The position numbers were made by a program, and so were the translations under genes. A stretch of 64,000 nt of DNA from the human T2T-CHM13v2.0 reference genome, Homo sapiens, in the NCBI RefSeq assembly GCF_009914755.1, contig NC_060939.1; one strand, written 5' to 3'. A model generated the notes under the pieces. The model saw only the letters and a list, made by a program, of their open reading frames with translations, did not search any database and was not told the DNA's origin. Each line of letters begins with the position of its first letter. Position 1 is the first letter of the stretch. Below, one piece after another: positions 16,389-29,300 of the stretch.

Positions 16389-17539
16389 TTATCTGTAAAA
16401 TGGGGCCTACAGTACAGGCTTTGAATAATGTAATGAGACTAACATGCCAACCATTCTTTTTTATTAAACAATTTTTGTTTCTTTTTGGCTAGCTGAGACT
16501 TTTTTTTTTTTTTTTCAGACCAACCATTCTCTTACATGGCCTTGCAAATCTTTTAAAAATGCAAACTAGTCCAATTATATAACCTCCTTTCAGGGCTTCC
16601 TATGGTCCTACGGACAAAGTCCCTGATCCTTTTAGGATCCCACCAGTTCCATCTGTTTCTGGCAGGCCTGATGCTACTCTCTGCAGCCAGCCGTTTGGTG
16701 GTGGTGGTGGAGGGGGTCACTGTACTTAGCATTACACAAGCCTGTCTCTCTGCAAGAAAGACATGTCTACCCCGACCAGGAAAACTCTTCCAGGATTCTC
16801 CTCCTCCAGTAAGGCTCTCTAGGCCCTCAGAGCAGCACAGACCCTGGGATCCATACCCTATGGCCCTCCCTGCCTGTTTCTGGATGTACAAAGTATTTCT
16901 TTGTGCCTTGTCTGTAGCAGCAAAAGATCAAAACAACCTAAATGTTCATCAATACAGAGGATTGGCTAAATAGATTTCTCTGCAGCTGTAAGAAAGAATA
17001 AGGATGCTTCTATTTTAATAGGAATGATCTCCAAGATATATTATGAAGGAAAAAAAGGAATGATACTGAGCAGTGTATAGTATGCTAGAGAATGGTATGC
17101 AAAGTTGGCTTGTGTTTATGGATTGCCTGTGGACCTAGACACAAGAAACGGGCGGAAATGTTGCCTTTGGAAGGGGAACTAGGTGGCTGGGGGACATTTC
17201 ACTGTGCACTCCTTATATCTGTGGATTTTGTAACTTGTAAGCATAGTACCTTTCAGAAACAGATGTTATCAACTCTGCCTGTCTTGCCCTGGGGGAGATT
17301 AGACATGAATATAAACCATCCTATGGCAGGTAAAATCAGACAAGAGTCACAAGATGAACACAGGCCCAATTTGAAGAAATAGGGACTAGGGAAGCCTTCC
17401 TTACAGGGATGGCGTTTGAGCTGGGCTCAAGAGAATTCTGGAAGGGAAAGTGGACGGGTATGGAGGGGACAGGGTGGAAGGTGGCCTAGACAGAGCCACT
17501 GTGAAAGCATGCAAGTGACCAGGAAAAGGCACAGCTTAC

Positions 17540-17608
17540 CTTTGCTTGGTGCTCTATTTTGTAGGCAGTTTGTTGAAACTGGCGAATCTCTCGGATAATA
17601 TGGGATAT
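17540..17608 (-). CDS. RASGRF1: RASGRF1 penultimate exon [23 protein letters not shown]
   Basis: 69 nt; CCCACAG| acceptor, AAG|GTAAGC donor. Confidence 0.96.
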
Positions 17609-17769
17609 CTGTGGGAAGGAAGGAGTGTTTCAGAATGCAGTTTGCTCTCCTAGTTCCACCCCCAACTTTGCAGAGCTGAAGGGGCATCAACAACTAAATC
17701 TGAAGTCAGCCTCTTAATTCCATACATGTTGCCTCCTGGAAGGTCCCACGGAGGCATCATGTGTGTTTG

Positions 17770-18068
17770 TTTTTATTTTTATTTTTTGAGATGGAGTCTC
17801 ACTCTGTCGCCCAGGCTGGAGTGCAGTGGCGTGATCTCGGCTCAGTGCAACCTCTGTCTCCTGGGTTCAAGTGATCCTCCTGCCTCAGCCTCCTGAGTAG
17901 GTGGGATTACAAGTGCATGCCACCACGCCCGGCTAATTTTTGTATTTTTAGTAGAGATGGGGTTTCACCATGTTGACCAGGCTGGTCTTGAACTTCTGAC
18001 CTCAAGTGATCCACCCGCCTCAGCTCCCAAAGTGCTGGGATTATAGGTGTGAGCGACCACACCCGGCC
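17770..18068 (-). mobile_element. AluS-type element
   Basis: Dimer in reverse. Confidence 0.9.
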
Positions 18069-18589
18069 TCATGTTTTTTTTCTTTTTTTTTTTTTAAACA
18101 GAAATCTGCTTCCAAGACTTGTCAAGACTCTATAGGTAAATTACACTATGTGACTGAGAGAAGAAAAAAAATCTCCTTTAATTAGTGGCATAAGCTACCT
18201 AACATCACTAGAACAAAACCCCACGACTCCAGCAAAAGTTAAAGGCATCTGCCACTTCCTTAGCGCCTGCTGTGCACAAGACACGATGAAAAGCAGCTTT
18301 CGCTCTTCAGGATGGTGCCTGAAAAAACCCTTTCCATCCAACAAAAATCTAATGTCAAGGCCCATTATATAAAACTGGTGCAAGTAGAGGCTTTCTGGCG
18401 AAGTGAGAGGGGAGAAGGAGACGGTTAGAATCCTGTTCCTAATGGGAGAAGTCTCCTCAGCCCTTATCCCAAGTTCTAGATTTTTCTGGGAAAACTGGAA
18501 ACTTACTCTTTTAGGAGGTGCTGTGTAAGTGGTTTTACTTTGTCCACATCAAGCAAGTGTCGATACGAACAATACGGATGGGTGTGAAT

Positions 18590-18810
18590 GACAGTGTGGG
18601 GCTTTGGAGTCACCTGGACCCGGGCTCCAGACCTGGCTCTGCCCTTTACTTGTGGGGTGACCTTGGGCTGCTCACTTGACCTCACTCAGCCTCAGTCTGC
18701 TCATCTGAAAGGTGCAGAATAAGAAGAGCAGCTACCTCTCAGACTGTCAGGACTAGAGGAGGAAATGCCGGTGAAAGCATGGCTCAGGGCCTGCCAGATT
18801 CTAACTGCTC
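18590..18810. mobile_element. MIR
   Basis: Core tgaccttgggc...gcctcagtctgctcatctgaaa. Confidence 0.7.
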
Positions 18811-18976
18811 ATCAATGATAGTGATGGCTGTCATTGGGGAAGCTGGACCCAGGCTCCCAAATGGGGGCACCCTATGCAGCAGGTTGGGCCTTGGGGGGCA
18901 GAGTGTGGGTGGGCCCCAGGTTGAGTCATCTGGGCTTCAACGCCCCCCTTCCCCTGCCTGGCTGGGGGGAACGCAC

Positions 18977-19094
18977 CATCCTCATCTTGGAGAAGTTGAC
19001 CAGGCCGTCTTCCGTGTAATTGGGCGTCCCCTCCTCGATGAAGGCCAGGTCGGTGAGGTACATCCCCAGGTAAGGGACACAGGGTGGGTCACAA
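18977..19094 (-). CDS. RASGRF1: RASGRF1 coding exon [39 protein letters not shown] (catalytic helical hairpin)
   Basis: 118 nt; TTCCAAG| acceptor, ATG|GTGCGT donor; CDC25 motif [13 protein letters not shown]. Confidence 0.97.
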
Positions 19095-20778
19095 CTTGGA
19101 AGCAAACGGCATTAACACAAGTTTTTCATTTTAAAAAAGTAACGTCTACCAAGAACAGAACATCCCGCATGCACCTTTTGCTTTGCTAGAGGCAAAGGGA
19201 CTTGCAGTCACCAAGAATCACACTACACTCTAGAACTGACTATTCTACACGCCCAGGACTGTCGGCTGGGTCTCAGGGCCAGTCCTCTGGGGTGGTGGGG
19301 GCAACATGGTGCTGACTGGGGCCTCTTACACCCACTGGGGCATCTCAGATTGTCTCTTTCCTCCCTGAGCCAGAAGGTCCTCCCCTACCTCTCTGCCTTC
19401 TGTCCCAGTCAGTCCCTGGGCTCTGTCACCAGCCCCTCTGGACTCACCTTTCCTATCTCTCCCTGAGACTCTCCCATCCGGATCCTCCCCCGAATCACCT
19501 CCTGGAGGGCTCTGCAGCCCCAGCCCCCCAACTCCTGCCAGTCACCCTATCTGACACCCTTGTCTCTGCTCCCTGAGACCTCTCCTGTCTCCACTGGCAT
19601 CTCCCACCTACCTAAGCACTGGGCTTGGGTGCCAGGGCAGGAAACCCTTGCTCTCTGAGATCACTTTCCTGAAAGTGGCTTTGGGGCAGGGGGTTGGGTG
19701 ATAGTTTCCATGGTTGGTGACTCATGGGGGACTGCATCTTTGGGAGCTGGGCCCCCGGAGTGATGGGCCATGCCTCTCTGATTTTTGGTCCAAAGCAGGG
19801 CCTCCTGTTACTGCTCCTTCCCAGCGTGTTCTGGTGCCCTTGGCTCGGTGCTGGGTAAGGGTTGATGGAGCCTGTGATGGAGCCCGGCGGTCGTTATGTG
19901 CTGGCAGGGCTCCCTTTAGCTCCTTCTGGGGCCTCCTCCCCAGTGCTCTGCCGCCTCCTCTCAGCTCAGCACACAGATGCGGTGGCATCATCGAGCACAG
20001 TGCAGTGACCCTTATTCCCAGCCCATCTTACCTTTGTCTCTTTGTGGCCACCTGGCAACCCTGCTAGCCTGGAGGAAGGTGAGGCCGGGAGGATGATAGA
20101 GCAAGAGCAGAAACCTGGCCCCTGTCCCTCACCTGCCTGCTGTGTGACCCTAGGCCAGGTCTTTCCCTCTCTGGTCCTCAGGCTCCTCATGTATAAAGCA
20201 ATGATAGCAGCTAAGACAGTTTTAGGTGGTCTCACAGCTGATTTACAGGCACGATATTAAATAACATGAATTCACGTGGTAAGAAACATTGGATTTTTAC
20301 TTTTTTCCCTTCTGCTCAGGGAGAGCGCCGCATTTGGTGATAGTGTGACTTTGACACTTTTGATACTTGCCATTCTCCTCCTTTCACATTTTCTCTTTTT
20401 AGACAAATAGCAACAGGTGTCAGAATCAGAGTGTTGGCAAACATCAGTATTTGGCCAGAATTCAAAAACATTATTTTGTTTTTACCATATATTTTTAAAT
20501 GGCATTCTTGTATTTACAGCAAGTAAGCTGGTTTTCCATTTGCCATGATACAAAATTTCCTTCTTATTTCTTTTTGGGAAAAAGTGAATTAATTTAAAGA
20601 GGCTGTTAGGTAAACACAAATACAGTTGGCACAGTATGGCAAAGTCGTGAAGGAGGCAGAGGCCTGGCGTTAGGGACACAGCAGACAGAAGTGTTTTTCC
20701 AAATGTAGGGCTGACCCTTTCATGGGTGTTGAAATCAATTTAGAAGGTGTAGACCAGAATTTTTAAAAAGTGAAAAAG

Positions 20779-20905
20779 GGCCGAGTGGTGGCTCACTCCT
20801 GTAATCCCAGGCAGTGGGATTTGAGAGGTTGAGGTGGGAGGATCACTTGAGTCCAACGGTTCAAGACCAGCCTGAGCAACATAGTGAGACCCCATCTCTA
20901 TTTAA
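20779..20905 (+). mobile_element. Alu left monomer (FLAM-like)
   Basis: Single arm with A-rich tail. Confidence 0.8.
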
Positions 20906-21179
20906 TTGAAAACAAATAAAAATAACAAGTGAAAAAGAAAATATCTGACTTCATCAAATGAAATAAAGGTATATATTGTTTTGTGGAATTTTTGTTCCTG
21001 TGATGCATATATGCATTTGTATACAGGCTTGTAGTTTCAAATATATATATTTACTGTGCTTTGTGATTAAAAAAAAAAAGAAAAGAGTAAGGAGCATCCA
21101 GCCACTGGAGGGGCTGCTTTGCATCCTTCCATCCCTTCCAGTCCATGATTATTACATGCACAGGTCTTCATTTCCTTCC

Positions 21180-21493
21180 TTTCTTTTTCTTTTTTTTTTT
21201 TTTGAGGCAGGGTCTCACTCTGTTACCTAGACTGGAGTGCAGTGGCACAATCACAGCTCACTGCAGCCTTGACTTCTCAGGCTCCAATGGTCCTCCTGCC
21301 TCAGCCTCCTAAGTAGCTGGACTACATGCATGCACCACCATACCCAGCGAATTTTTGTATTTTTGGTAGGGACAGAAATTTTGTATTTTTGCCATGTTGC
21401 CCAGGCTGGTCTAGAACTCCTAAGCTCAAGTGATCTGCTCGCCTCAGCTTCCCAAAGTGCTCAGATTACAGGTGTGAGCCACTGTGCCCGGCC
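21180..21493 (-). mobile_element. AluJ-type element
   Basis: Dimer in reverse. Confidence 0.88.
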
Positions 21494-21963
21494 AGCTCTT
21501 CATTTCCTTTCTATCATACTCCAAGTCTGAAGCCCAGGCTTATGAGTCTGATGGAGAAATAATCCAAAGATCTGAGAAGTAACTCTGGAGTCGTAAGGCT
21601 GTGGCAGTGCTGACCGGTGGGTTCTGAGAGGTGCTCTCCCCCTTCACCCTGCATGTGTGACAGTAGCCAGGTAGCCGTGGAGTGCTCTAAGGATGGAAGG
21701 GAGAACGGGAGGCCTGGTGACTGCAAGCTGACTGCAAATGACCAAAGGACTCAGAGTGTTTCTCAAGGCTTTTGGGGGTTTCTGACCACCCAGATCAGTG
21801 AAAAGGATCAGAGGTCCTCTGATCACTGAGGGTCGACTTCCCCTGGTATTTATGGGGAGTCATGGTTCAGCTGTGGGAAGGTGGTGGATTTGCAATCGAA
21901 TCACTTGCAAGTAGCACGCCCAGCCCCAGTACTAACCTCTGTCCCTATTTACTACCTCTATGG

Positions 21964-22184
21964 CAGGGGTGGCCAATCTTTTCGCTTCCCTGGCCGCATT
22001 GGAAGAAGAATTGTCTTGGGCCACACGTAAAATACACTAACACACTAACGATAGCTAATAAGCTGGAAAAAAATCACAAAAAAATCTCTTAATGTTTTAA
22101 GAAAGTTTACCAATTTGTGTTGGGCTGCATTTAAAACCATCCTGGGCCATATGCGGCCCTTAGGCCACGGGTTGGACAAGCTTG
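21964..22184 (+). mobile_element. MER30 (hAT-Charlie MITE)
   Basis: caggggtggccaatc...ttggacaagcttg; 8-bp TSD ctctatgg/ctctatag. Confidence 0.88.
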
Positions 22185-22233
22185 CTCTATAGTGAGGGGC
22201 CATGAAGGAGGGGACAAGAGAACACTCAATCAA

Positions 22234-22259
22234 ACACACACACACACACACACACACAC
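22234..22259. repeat. (CA)n microsatellite
   Basis: About 13 units. Confidence 0.95.
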
Positions 22260-23861
22260 CCATCCGAAATCCAGAGCCATGTGGGCAAATGTATGGAGTT
22301 GCCAGATTGGGACAGAGGACTGCTGGAGGGCCCCACAGGGACACACGGCATAGGGACTGAGCCACACCGAGCCTCTGAATGAAAAGGGAAGCATGTTGGG
22401 GCTTCCTGCAGGCAAGACACCCAACAACAGGCAAGTCCTGAACCTTCCATATTGGCCTTTTGGCCTCTCTCGGGTGAGGTCCAGTCTTGCCCTTGGCAGG
22501 GCCTATCAAGCAGAGCTGATACGGGGGTGGCTTCCTCTTCTGGCAGAGCCCTCACGGGCCTGCAGCTAGCATTTTAGGGAGCAGAGAGGAAAGTGTCCCA
22601 CCCCTAGCCTGAAAGCTGCTTCTGGTTTCTGGGCAAGGCCTCGCTGTCGCACTCCCATGCTGGTGACACCTGGCCTTGCCTGTGGTTGTTTGGAGCCCCC
22701 AAACTGGATGTTTCTTTCCACCAAGACGCTCCTGATGATGTTAAATGGAATAAGGGAGATTATGGGGGACCAGCTGCTGCTGGCAAGAGGCAGCTGCCCA
22801 TGCTCTACACCAAACTCCAGGAAACCAACCCGAGACAAGCAATGAGTCCACCTCCCCTTCCTCTTTCTCTCCAACTTCTCTCTTCCCTGTACTGCCCTGG
22901 CTGTGGGATGGGCTATTCTCTCTTACAAGTTTCTGCCGGCTGTGGTTGGGGATCTCCTCTCTCCCATCTTGAGGCCTGGGGAAGGGCATTCAGGGAGGGC
23001 GTGAGGGCCCTTGAGGCTGGGCTGTGTGGGCTGAATCCCCTGGGGCCAGGGTCCAAGGTTCTGGCAGGAGGTACAGGGTGATCAGGTAAGTAGTCTTTGA
23101 AAAACAAAACTGCGATGGGGTGGGGGTGGAAAGTCCCATTTTACCACTGGGTTGCTAGGCTGCTCTGTGGTCACAGGCAGAGAATAAAGATAGAGATAGA
23201 TACTTGGCTTTGCTGGAACCCCTGAGACTCTAGAGCTCAGCCTTTGGGCTCATGACATCCATGTAGATAAATTGATTCTCACCCTGATTAAAGGGTATAG
23301 GGGATGGCCTGGCAGTCAGCTAGCTGACACGCTCCTCCATGGCTGTTCCCATCCTTAATTCAGGGGAACAAAGGGGAAAGGCTTTCACTGCAGCAGCCTA
23401 CAATAACAGCCTGTCCCCCGTGTTCCTCTAAATCAAGGGCTTCCTATTCAAATTAAACACAAAAGGTGCAGATATGCAAGTGTGTGCTCGGTTGAGATTA
23501 GACAGGGTAGTCAAAACTGGAATCGGCCCCAAAAATGCTGGTGACCACATTTTGCTACTAAATTCAGTTTTCAACCAAATTCTTGTTGCCTGGAGCTGGG
23601 GGAAGGTTCCGATTGCTGGGAGGTTGGGAGGAGGGAACAGGCATAGGACTTTGCCAGTATGTAGGCTTGGGGAATGAGAAGGGGAGATGAGGCCACTCTC
23701 AGGGCATCTGGCAGGGACTGAAGGGGCACACATAGTTAGGGCTGTTGCAGGTGGGGCAAGGGACATTTAAGAGAGTGGCTAGTGGGGTGTTTGGTGGTGA
23801 AGTCTCGGCTGGGAAATGCAATAAGGCCATTCTCCAGCCTGGATGCTGGCAGAAATTGGAT

Positions 23862-24187
<326 letters not shown>

Positions 24188-25527
24188 GAATTGGATATCT
24201 TAATGAAAAGCTAAAAAAAGATGCCTGGGACGTATGAATGGGCTGCAGACCAACATGGTGAGGCCCATAGCAGGACTCCTTCTCTGGGGAGGTCATTGGC
24301 TATGCCCATGGACTGCCACCTCGCTACTCTTGCCCCCGTCCCCTGCCTAGTGAAACAGACGCTCAGTATTCATGCAACACCGCTCTTTGTGAAAACCTTA
24401 GAGCCTCAGGAGAGGGGGTGCGGGAAGCATTTGCCCCAGGTTTCCCCAGTCCCTCCCTCCTCTGTGTGCCCTGCCTATGTCTCTGCAAGTCCAGAACCTG
24501 GTTTGCATAAAGCTCTTAGCTTCCAGAGGCCCGCAGGCCACCTCTGCCCTGTGCTGCAGGGAGCAGGGGAATGTGGGAGAGACACTTACACGGGCCCACA
24601 GGCCACCTGAAAGAGGGAAGACGGTCAGGGTGGGGACTCAGACAGAATGGGGGGCCCAGAGGCAGTGGAGGCAGCGGTGGTGGCGGCGGCAGACGAGGAA
24701 GCCAGCCATGTGAGGAGGTGGATGGAGTGGTGCCCCGGGGGCGGACGGACGGACAAGTTGGTGAATGCACGGAGGGGGCAGCTCCCCACAAGCACAGTCC
24801 ACAGGGGCTCTCGGGAGCCCAGGCAGAAGAGAGACGGCTGGACAGCACAGATGGGTGCAACATCTGTCTGAGGACACAAACAAAGTGGAGATGGTCAAGG
24901 CGATGGCACACAGAGCTGGCAAAGGACAGACCAAATGCGGCAGGAAGAAAACGCAAAGAGGAGGCAGACGAGGCTGGCAGAGGGGTGAGCAGTCTGTCAA
25001 AGCCACTGTCAAGGGCTGGAGGTTTTGGCTGGCCCCATCCTCAGGGTCTGGGGGTAGTAAACTCTGGTGTTCCCTGCGTCAGCCGTGATCATGGGAACAC
25101 CAGGAAGCGGGGAGAGGCTTCCTGAGCTATATAGGGAACCGGGACCCCAGGGATCTCCCAGGGTCTCTCCAAGGTCTGGCGAGTAGCCAGTCAGGCGAGG
25201 AGAGGAAGGAACACTCACTCAAGGAAAGGAGGGTTGAGACTAGTGCAGAAGCCTGAGTAAGCACCTAATGAGAGTGACAGAAGCAAACCCCCCACTTCAT
25301 GTGAGTGTGTGGCCACAGTGTGTGCAGATGGGCTGAATCACTGCTTCCCTGGGAGAGCTCGTCTGGAGCCCAGGGCAAACCTTGACAAGCTCTGGAGGCC
25401 AGCCTGGGCCAGTCCTGGTGCTAGGCCACGGCCATGTGGCCTTGGACCGTCCACGTGGCCTTGGACCAGACACTAGCTCTTCAGTTTCTTTGTCTGGAAG
25501 AACAGGATGCGGGAAGCAGCCTTATCC

Positions 25528-25742
25528 TGATGGTTGTCAAGTGGGGAGGATTTTGCCCCCTAGTGGACATTTGGCAATGTCTGGAGACAGTTTTGGTCGT
25601 CACAACTTGGAGGGGTGCCATTAGCATCTCACAGGTAGAGGCCAGAGATGCTGCTAAAGATTCTACAATGCACAGGACAGTCCCCCTCAACAAAGGATCA
25701 TCCTGGTCAAAACAGCAAGGGTGCTGAGGCTGAGGACCCCGC
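25528..25742 (-). mobile_element. MER20 (opposite orientation to the 3642 copy)
   Basis: ggacatttggcaatgtctggagaca...tacaatgcacaggacag. Confidence 0.8.
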
Positions 25743-25821
25743 CGTGTGGGCAATGTTGATGGCGTTAAGCGCACAATGTCTAGGCAAGTGCTTTACAAAC
25801 TTTAAGTATGATTATTGTAAA

Positions 25822-26005
25822 ACTGTATTTTTTTAATTCCCGGATGCCATTGTTTATAAAATGCAAACATTTTGATGATGAATTCTGGAGTGAAAAAGGA
25901 AACACAATTGTGTTAAATAAACAAAACTGACGTTAAGACGTCTCCTGATGTCAGAATTATTAAAATGTGAAAAGAAAACGTGCATTTTAGAATCGAGAAA
26001 TCTGG
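25822..26005. mobile_element. TcMar-type MITE (MER104/Kanga-like)
   Basis: Degenerate TIRs ctgtattt...aattc / agaatcgagaaatctgg. Confidence 0.45.
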
Positions 26006-26280
26006 CACCACTACTATTATCATCACAGCTACTATGCTTTCAGGGATCCCAGCAGTATTCCTGTGCTTCTCTCAGGAAATGCTAGCAAACTCTGGAGTTT
26101 CTCTGGCAGACCATGGAGGACTCCACCATTGGGGTCCAGGAAATCTAGGGGTCTTGTGGGTAGACAGACGAACAGACAGACAGAAAGACCTCCTGCTCTG
26201 GCTGGGGGCGGCACGTGAATGCCTCTGCAATGCAGGTCTATGATTTTAAAAATAACAGCGACAAAACGACACACACTTAC

Positions 26281-26360
26281 TTTTTCAGAGCTTCTCTGAG
26301 ATTCTTAAATCTGCCCTCAGATGACACAAGCTTTTGGAGCTTATCAATCAAAGCTTTAGT
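26281..26360 (-). CDS. RASGRF1: RASGRF1 coding exon TKALIDKLQKLVSSEGRFKNLREALK(N)
   Basis: 80 nt; TTCTAG| acceptor, AA|GTAAGT donor. Confidence 0.96.
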
Positions 26361-29300
26361 CTAGAAGGAAGCAGAAGCATTTACTAACACACAGCACACG
26401 CTGTGATCCCCGAGGCCCGGGGATCAGGCCCACACTCCAACATGCTGCCCAACAGGGCTCCAGAATTGCCTTCCCTTGGGATCTGGGGGCCTCCTGTGTT
26501 TGGGCACCTTGCCCCTGAACTCCTCAGGAGTTGGGCACGGGTCCTTGTTGAGTGTGCCTGTGCTCCCACATCTCTCAGAAGCAAGGAAGTGGGTGTGAGG
26601 GACCTGAGTGTGGATTTGGCCCTTGGAAATGCTGCAGGATCCCGAGACCTGGGCAGTTTAGAAGGACTTAGTGGGTGACTCCCAGGAGCCTGTGCTCAGA
26701 GCAGGAAATGGCAGATTTTTCATTTTCCTGATCTTTCTCATGAACTAGACCCAAAGGATGTGACCGTCATTTCACACGTTCCCCTTTTCACACCAGAAAT
26801 GCCACCCAAATTTAAGGATCAAGAAAAAAGATGGGAGACGAACTGATCATCAGAAAAGAAAAGGCCTGGCTGGAGAAGAGGAAGCTCCACAGCAAAGGGC
26901 TTTGCCAAGCGACCTCGCCAGGCCCAGCGCACACATCAGGCTGGAGCAGAGTTTCGGTGGCTGGAGTTTGTCTGACCCATGGAGCACCCCGGGTCAAGCC
27001 TGGCTTTGTGCACCTTTCCCTGTGTAGCCCGAGGGAAGGCCCTTTCCCTCAGGGGTCCTCAGCTCCCTCATTGATAAAATGGTGAGATAGGTTAGAGACT
27101 TCCTTTGCAGCTCTGTTCCTCAAGATTCAGAATGTGGCTGAGAAACCGCGGGAGCACAGCGGTACGTCACGCCACCAGAGCCCTAGTCAGCCTGGAGGGG
27201 ACACAGGCCCCGGAGGCCAAGCACACGCCCAATCTTGGGGTCAGATTTCTGCTGAGAAATTTGTCTACTGAGAAGGACAATCTAAGTCTCCATTCTGACA
27301 GGAAGAGATCTGTGTGTGCTCTTCAAGGGGAAAGAAGGGCTGAGCGTACCATTCAGTTCCATGCCTTATCAACAAGTAGAAAAAGCCTCGCCACCTGGTG
27401 TGGACTAATCCTGTTCAGAGCACAGCTGTATTCTGGATCTGGTGAAAGAGACATGCAGCAGAATAGCACACACCACACGGAGTCAAGGCAGATGATTCTG
27501 CTTTCACTTGAGATGTCTGCTGTCCGATGACTGGCAAAGGCTGGATGCCCTGGCCCACCTCCGTTCCAGAGTCTCAGCTTCCCTCCTGCACTTGCCCCTT
27601 TCCAGAGCAGCACCCTCCTTCCTTTTCTTCTCCATCCACCTGCAGAGGAATGACCTGATACGGCTTGAGGTCAGAGGCGGGGGCTGAGTCAGGAAACCTA
27701 GGGCCTCCCCAGCCTCTGTCACCTATCCCTGGCATGCCGACTGGCAAATCACCACTCCTCTTGCCTTTATGGGCCTCAGTGTCCCCATCTGGAAAATGGG
27801 AGGGTAAGTCCAGGTGTTCCCTAAGGCAATACTAGCTCAGATACTCTAGAATTGTGGAAGACACAGAAGCTTGATCAGGAGGTCCCAGTGGCCATGCAGT
27901 TCTAGATGAAGTGTCACCGTACTCTGAGGCTGTGAAAATGTGCAGAAGATATTCTGGAACCAATTTGTGGCTCTGGGCTGGGCACGTTTTTAACTTCCTC
28001 CACATCCCCGTGCTTGCTGTGTATGGATGCTCCTCTTTGGGTTGTCATGCTGTCTCCAGGAAGGAGCTCTATGGCCTGGGAAGCCACAGAATTTTCTCAG
28101 CTGCTGCTTAAAAAGTATGTTCCAAGTTGAAGCAGTTCAAGCATCTTCTAGCTGGGCCAGGAGCTTCTATCCTGTGATGCTCCATGGGATACCAAGCCTC
28201 TGGGATCTTGGGTGTCTCTGTTAGAGTGTGGACACCAGCAGGCAGAAATGGGGGGCCCTTGGAATATGGGATTGAAAGCAGGAACCAAGCAAGGACCCTT
28301 GGAGTCAGTGTCAGGAAGAAAGATGATTTTGTGGTCTCCTAAATTCCATCACTTCCTGTTCACCAAGCAGAGGACTTCTGGCTGGACAAGAATGTTCCCT
28401 CCCAGAGAGGCCAAAATCGATTGTTAGCCAAGGCGAGGCTTTTGTCTCCACTAAAGTACAGCGATCCCCAGGAGAGGCGACACACAAATCCACGTTAGTC
28501 ATTGTACTGTCGTATGGAAGAGTATCATCATCAGATCGTCTCTTGGGTTTTTTTTTTCCCCAAAGAGGATGGGGAGAGGGGTTAAAAGAAGAAAGGGGAA
28601 ATGAAAAGTCCCAAATGAAATCCAACTGCCTGACGCTTGCCAGGGGCTGAACCAGACTTGGACATAATGCTTTTCTGCTATGGTGAGCACATTTAAGTGA
28701 GCAGTAAAAACTGGCTGCTGAGGTTACAGTTCAGGCCATCTAAGAAACGTGGCCATTTTAGAGGGTCTCCAGTGTCCATGGGACGCCTGTAGAGAGAGAA
28801 TGAACTGCCTCTGGCAGATGCCGAGCAGGCCATGGCCAGGAACTTCCAGAAGCTCCTGGGGCCAGGTGCTGTGCAGACACACAACTCTTACACGGCTGGG
28901 GGCTGCAGAAGACAGCTGGGTCCAGACTGCATAGAGGGTGGAGATCTCATGTGGTGCCAAAGGTATTTTTGATTTTTGGACCAGGCCAGCTGACCCTAGG
29001 TCCAGAATGACATCCTAGAACACAGGCTGAATCACATGCCCTGACCACTGACTGTCCTTGATTTGCACTCTCTGTAGAGAACAGAAGATTTCAGGATGGC
29101 CAAACTCATTCCCTCCCAACTCCATGAGGAGGGCAATGCAGGAGAGCAAGACCAAGAAATGCAAGGAGTGTGGGTTCCAGGAAGCCTAAGTGGGGTGGGA
29201 AACTGAAGCCTGGTCTGCAGGGCCTCTGGAAAAGATGATGTCATTCCCAAGAACAGGGGAGAAGGAGAGAGAGATTTACTTGGAATGGGCCCCCAGACTG

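Noticed and set aside
24571-25125. 184-aa + strand Gly/Arg-rich ORF
   Set aside because: Explained by purine/GC skew; no family resemblance
28305-28535. Possible C/D snoRNA (TGATGA box on the minus strand)
   Set aside because: Nearest CTGA is over 200 nt away and there is no terminal stem
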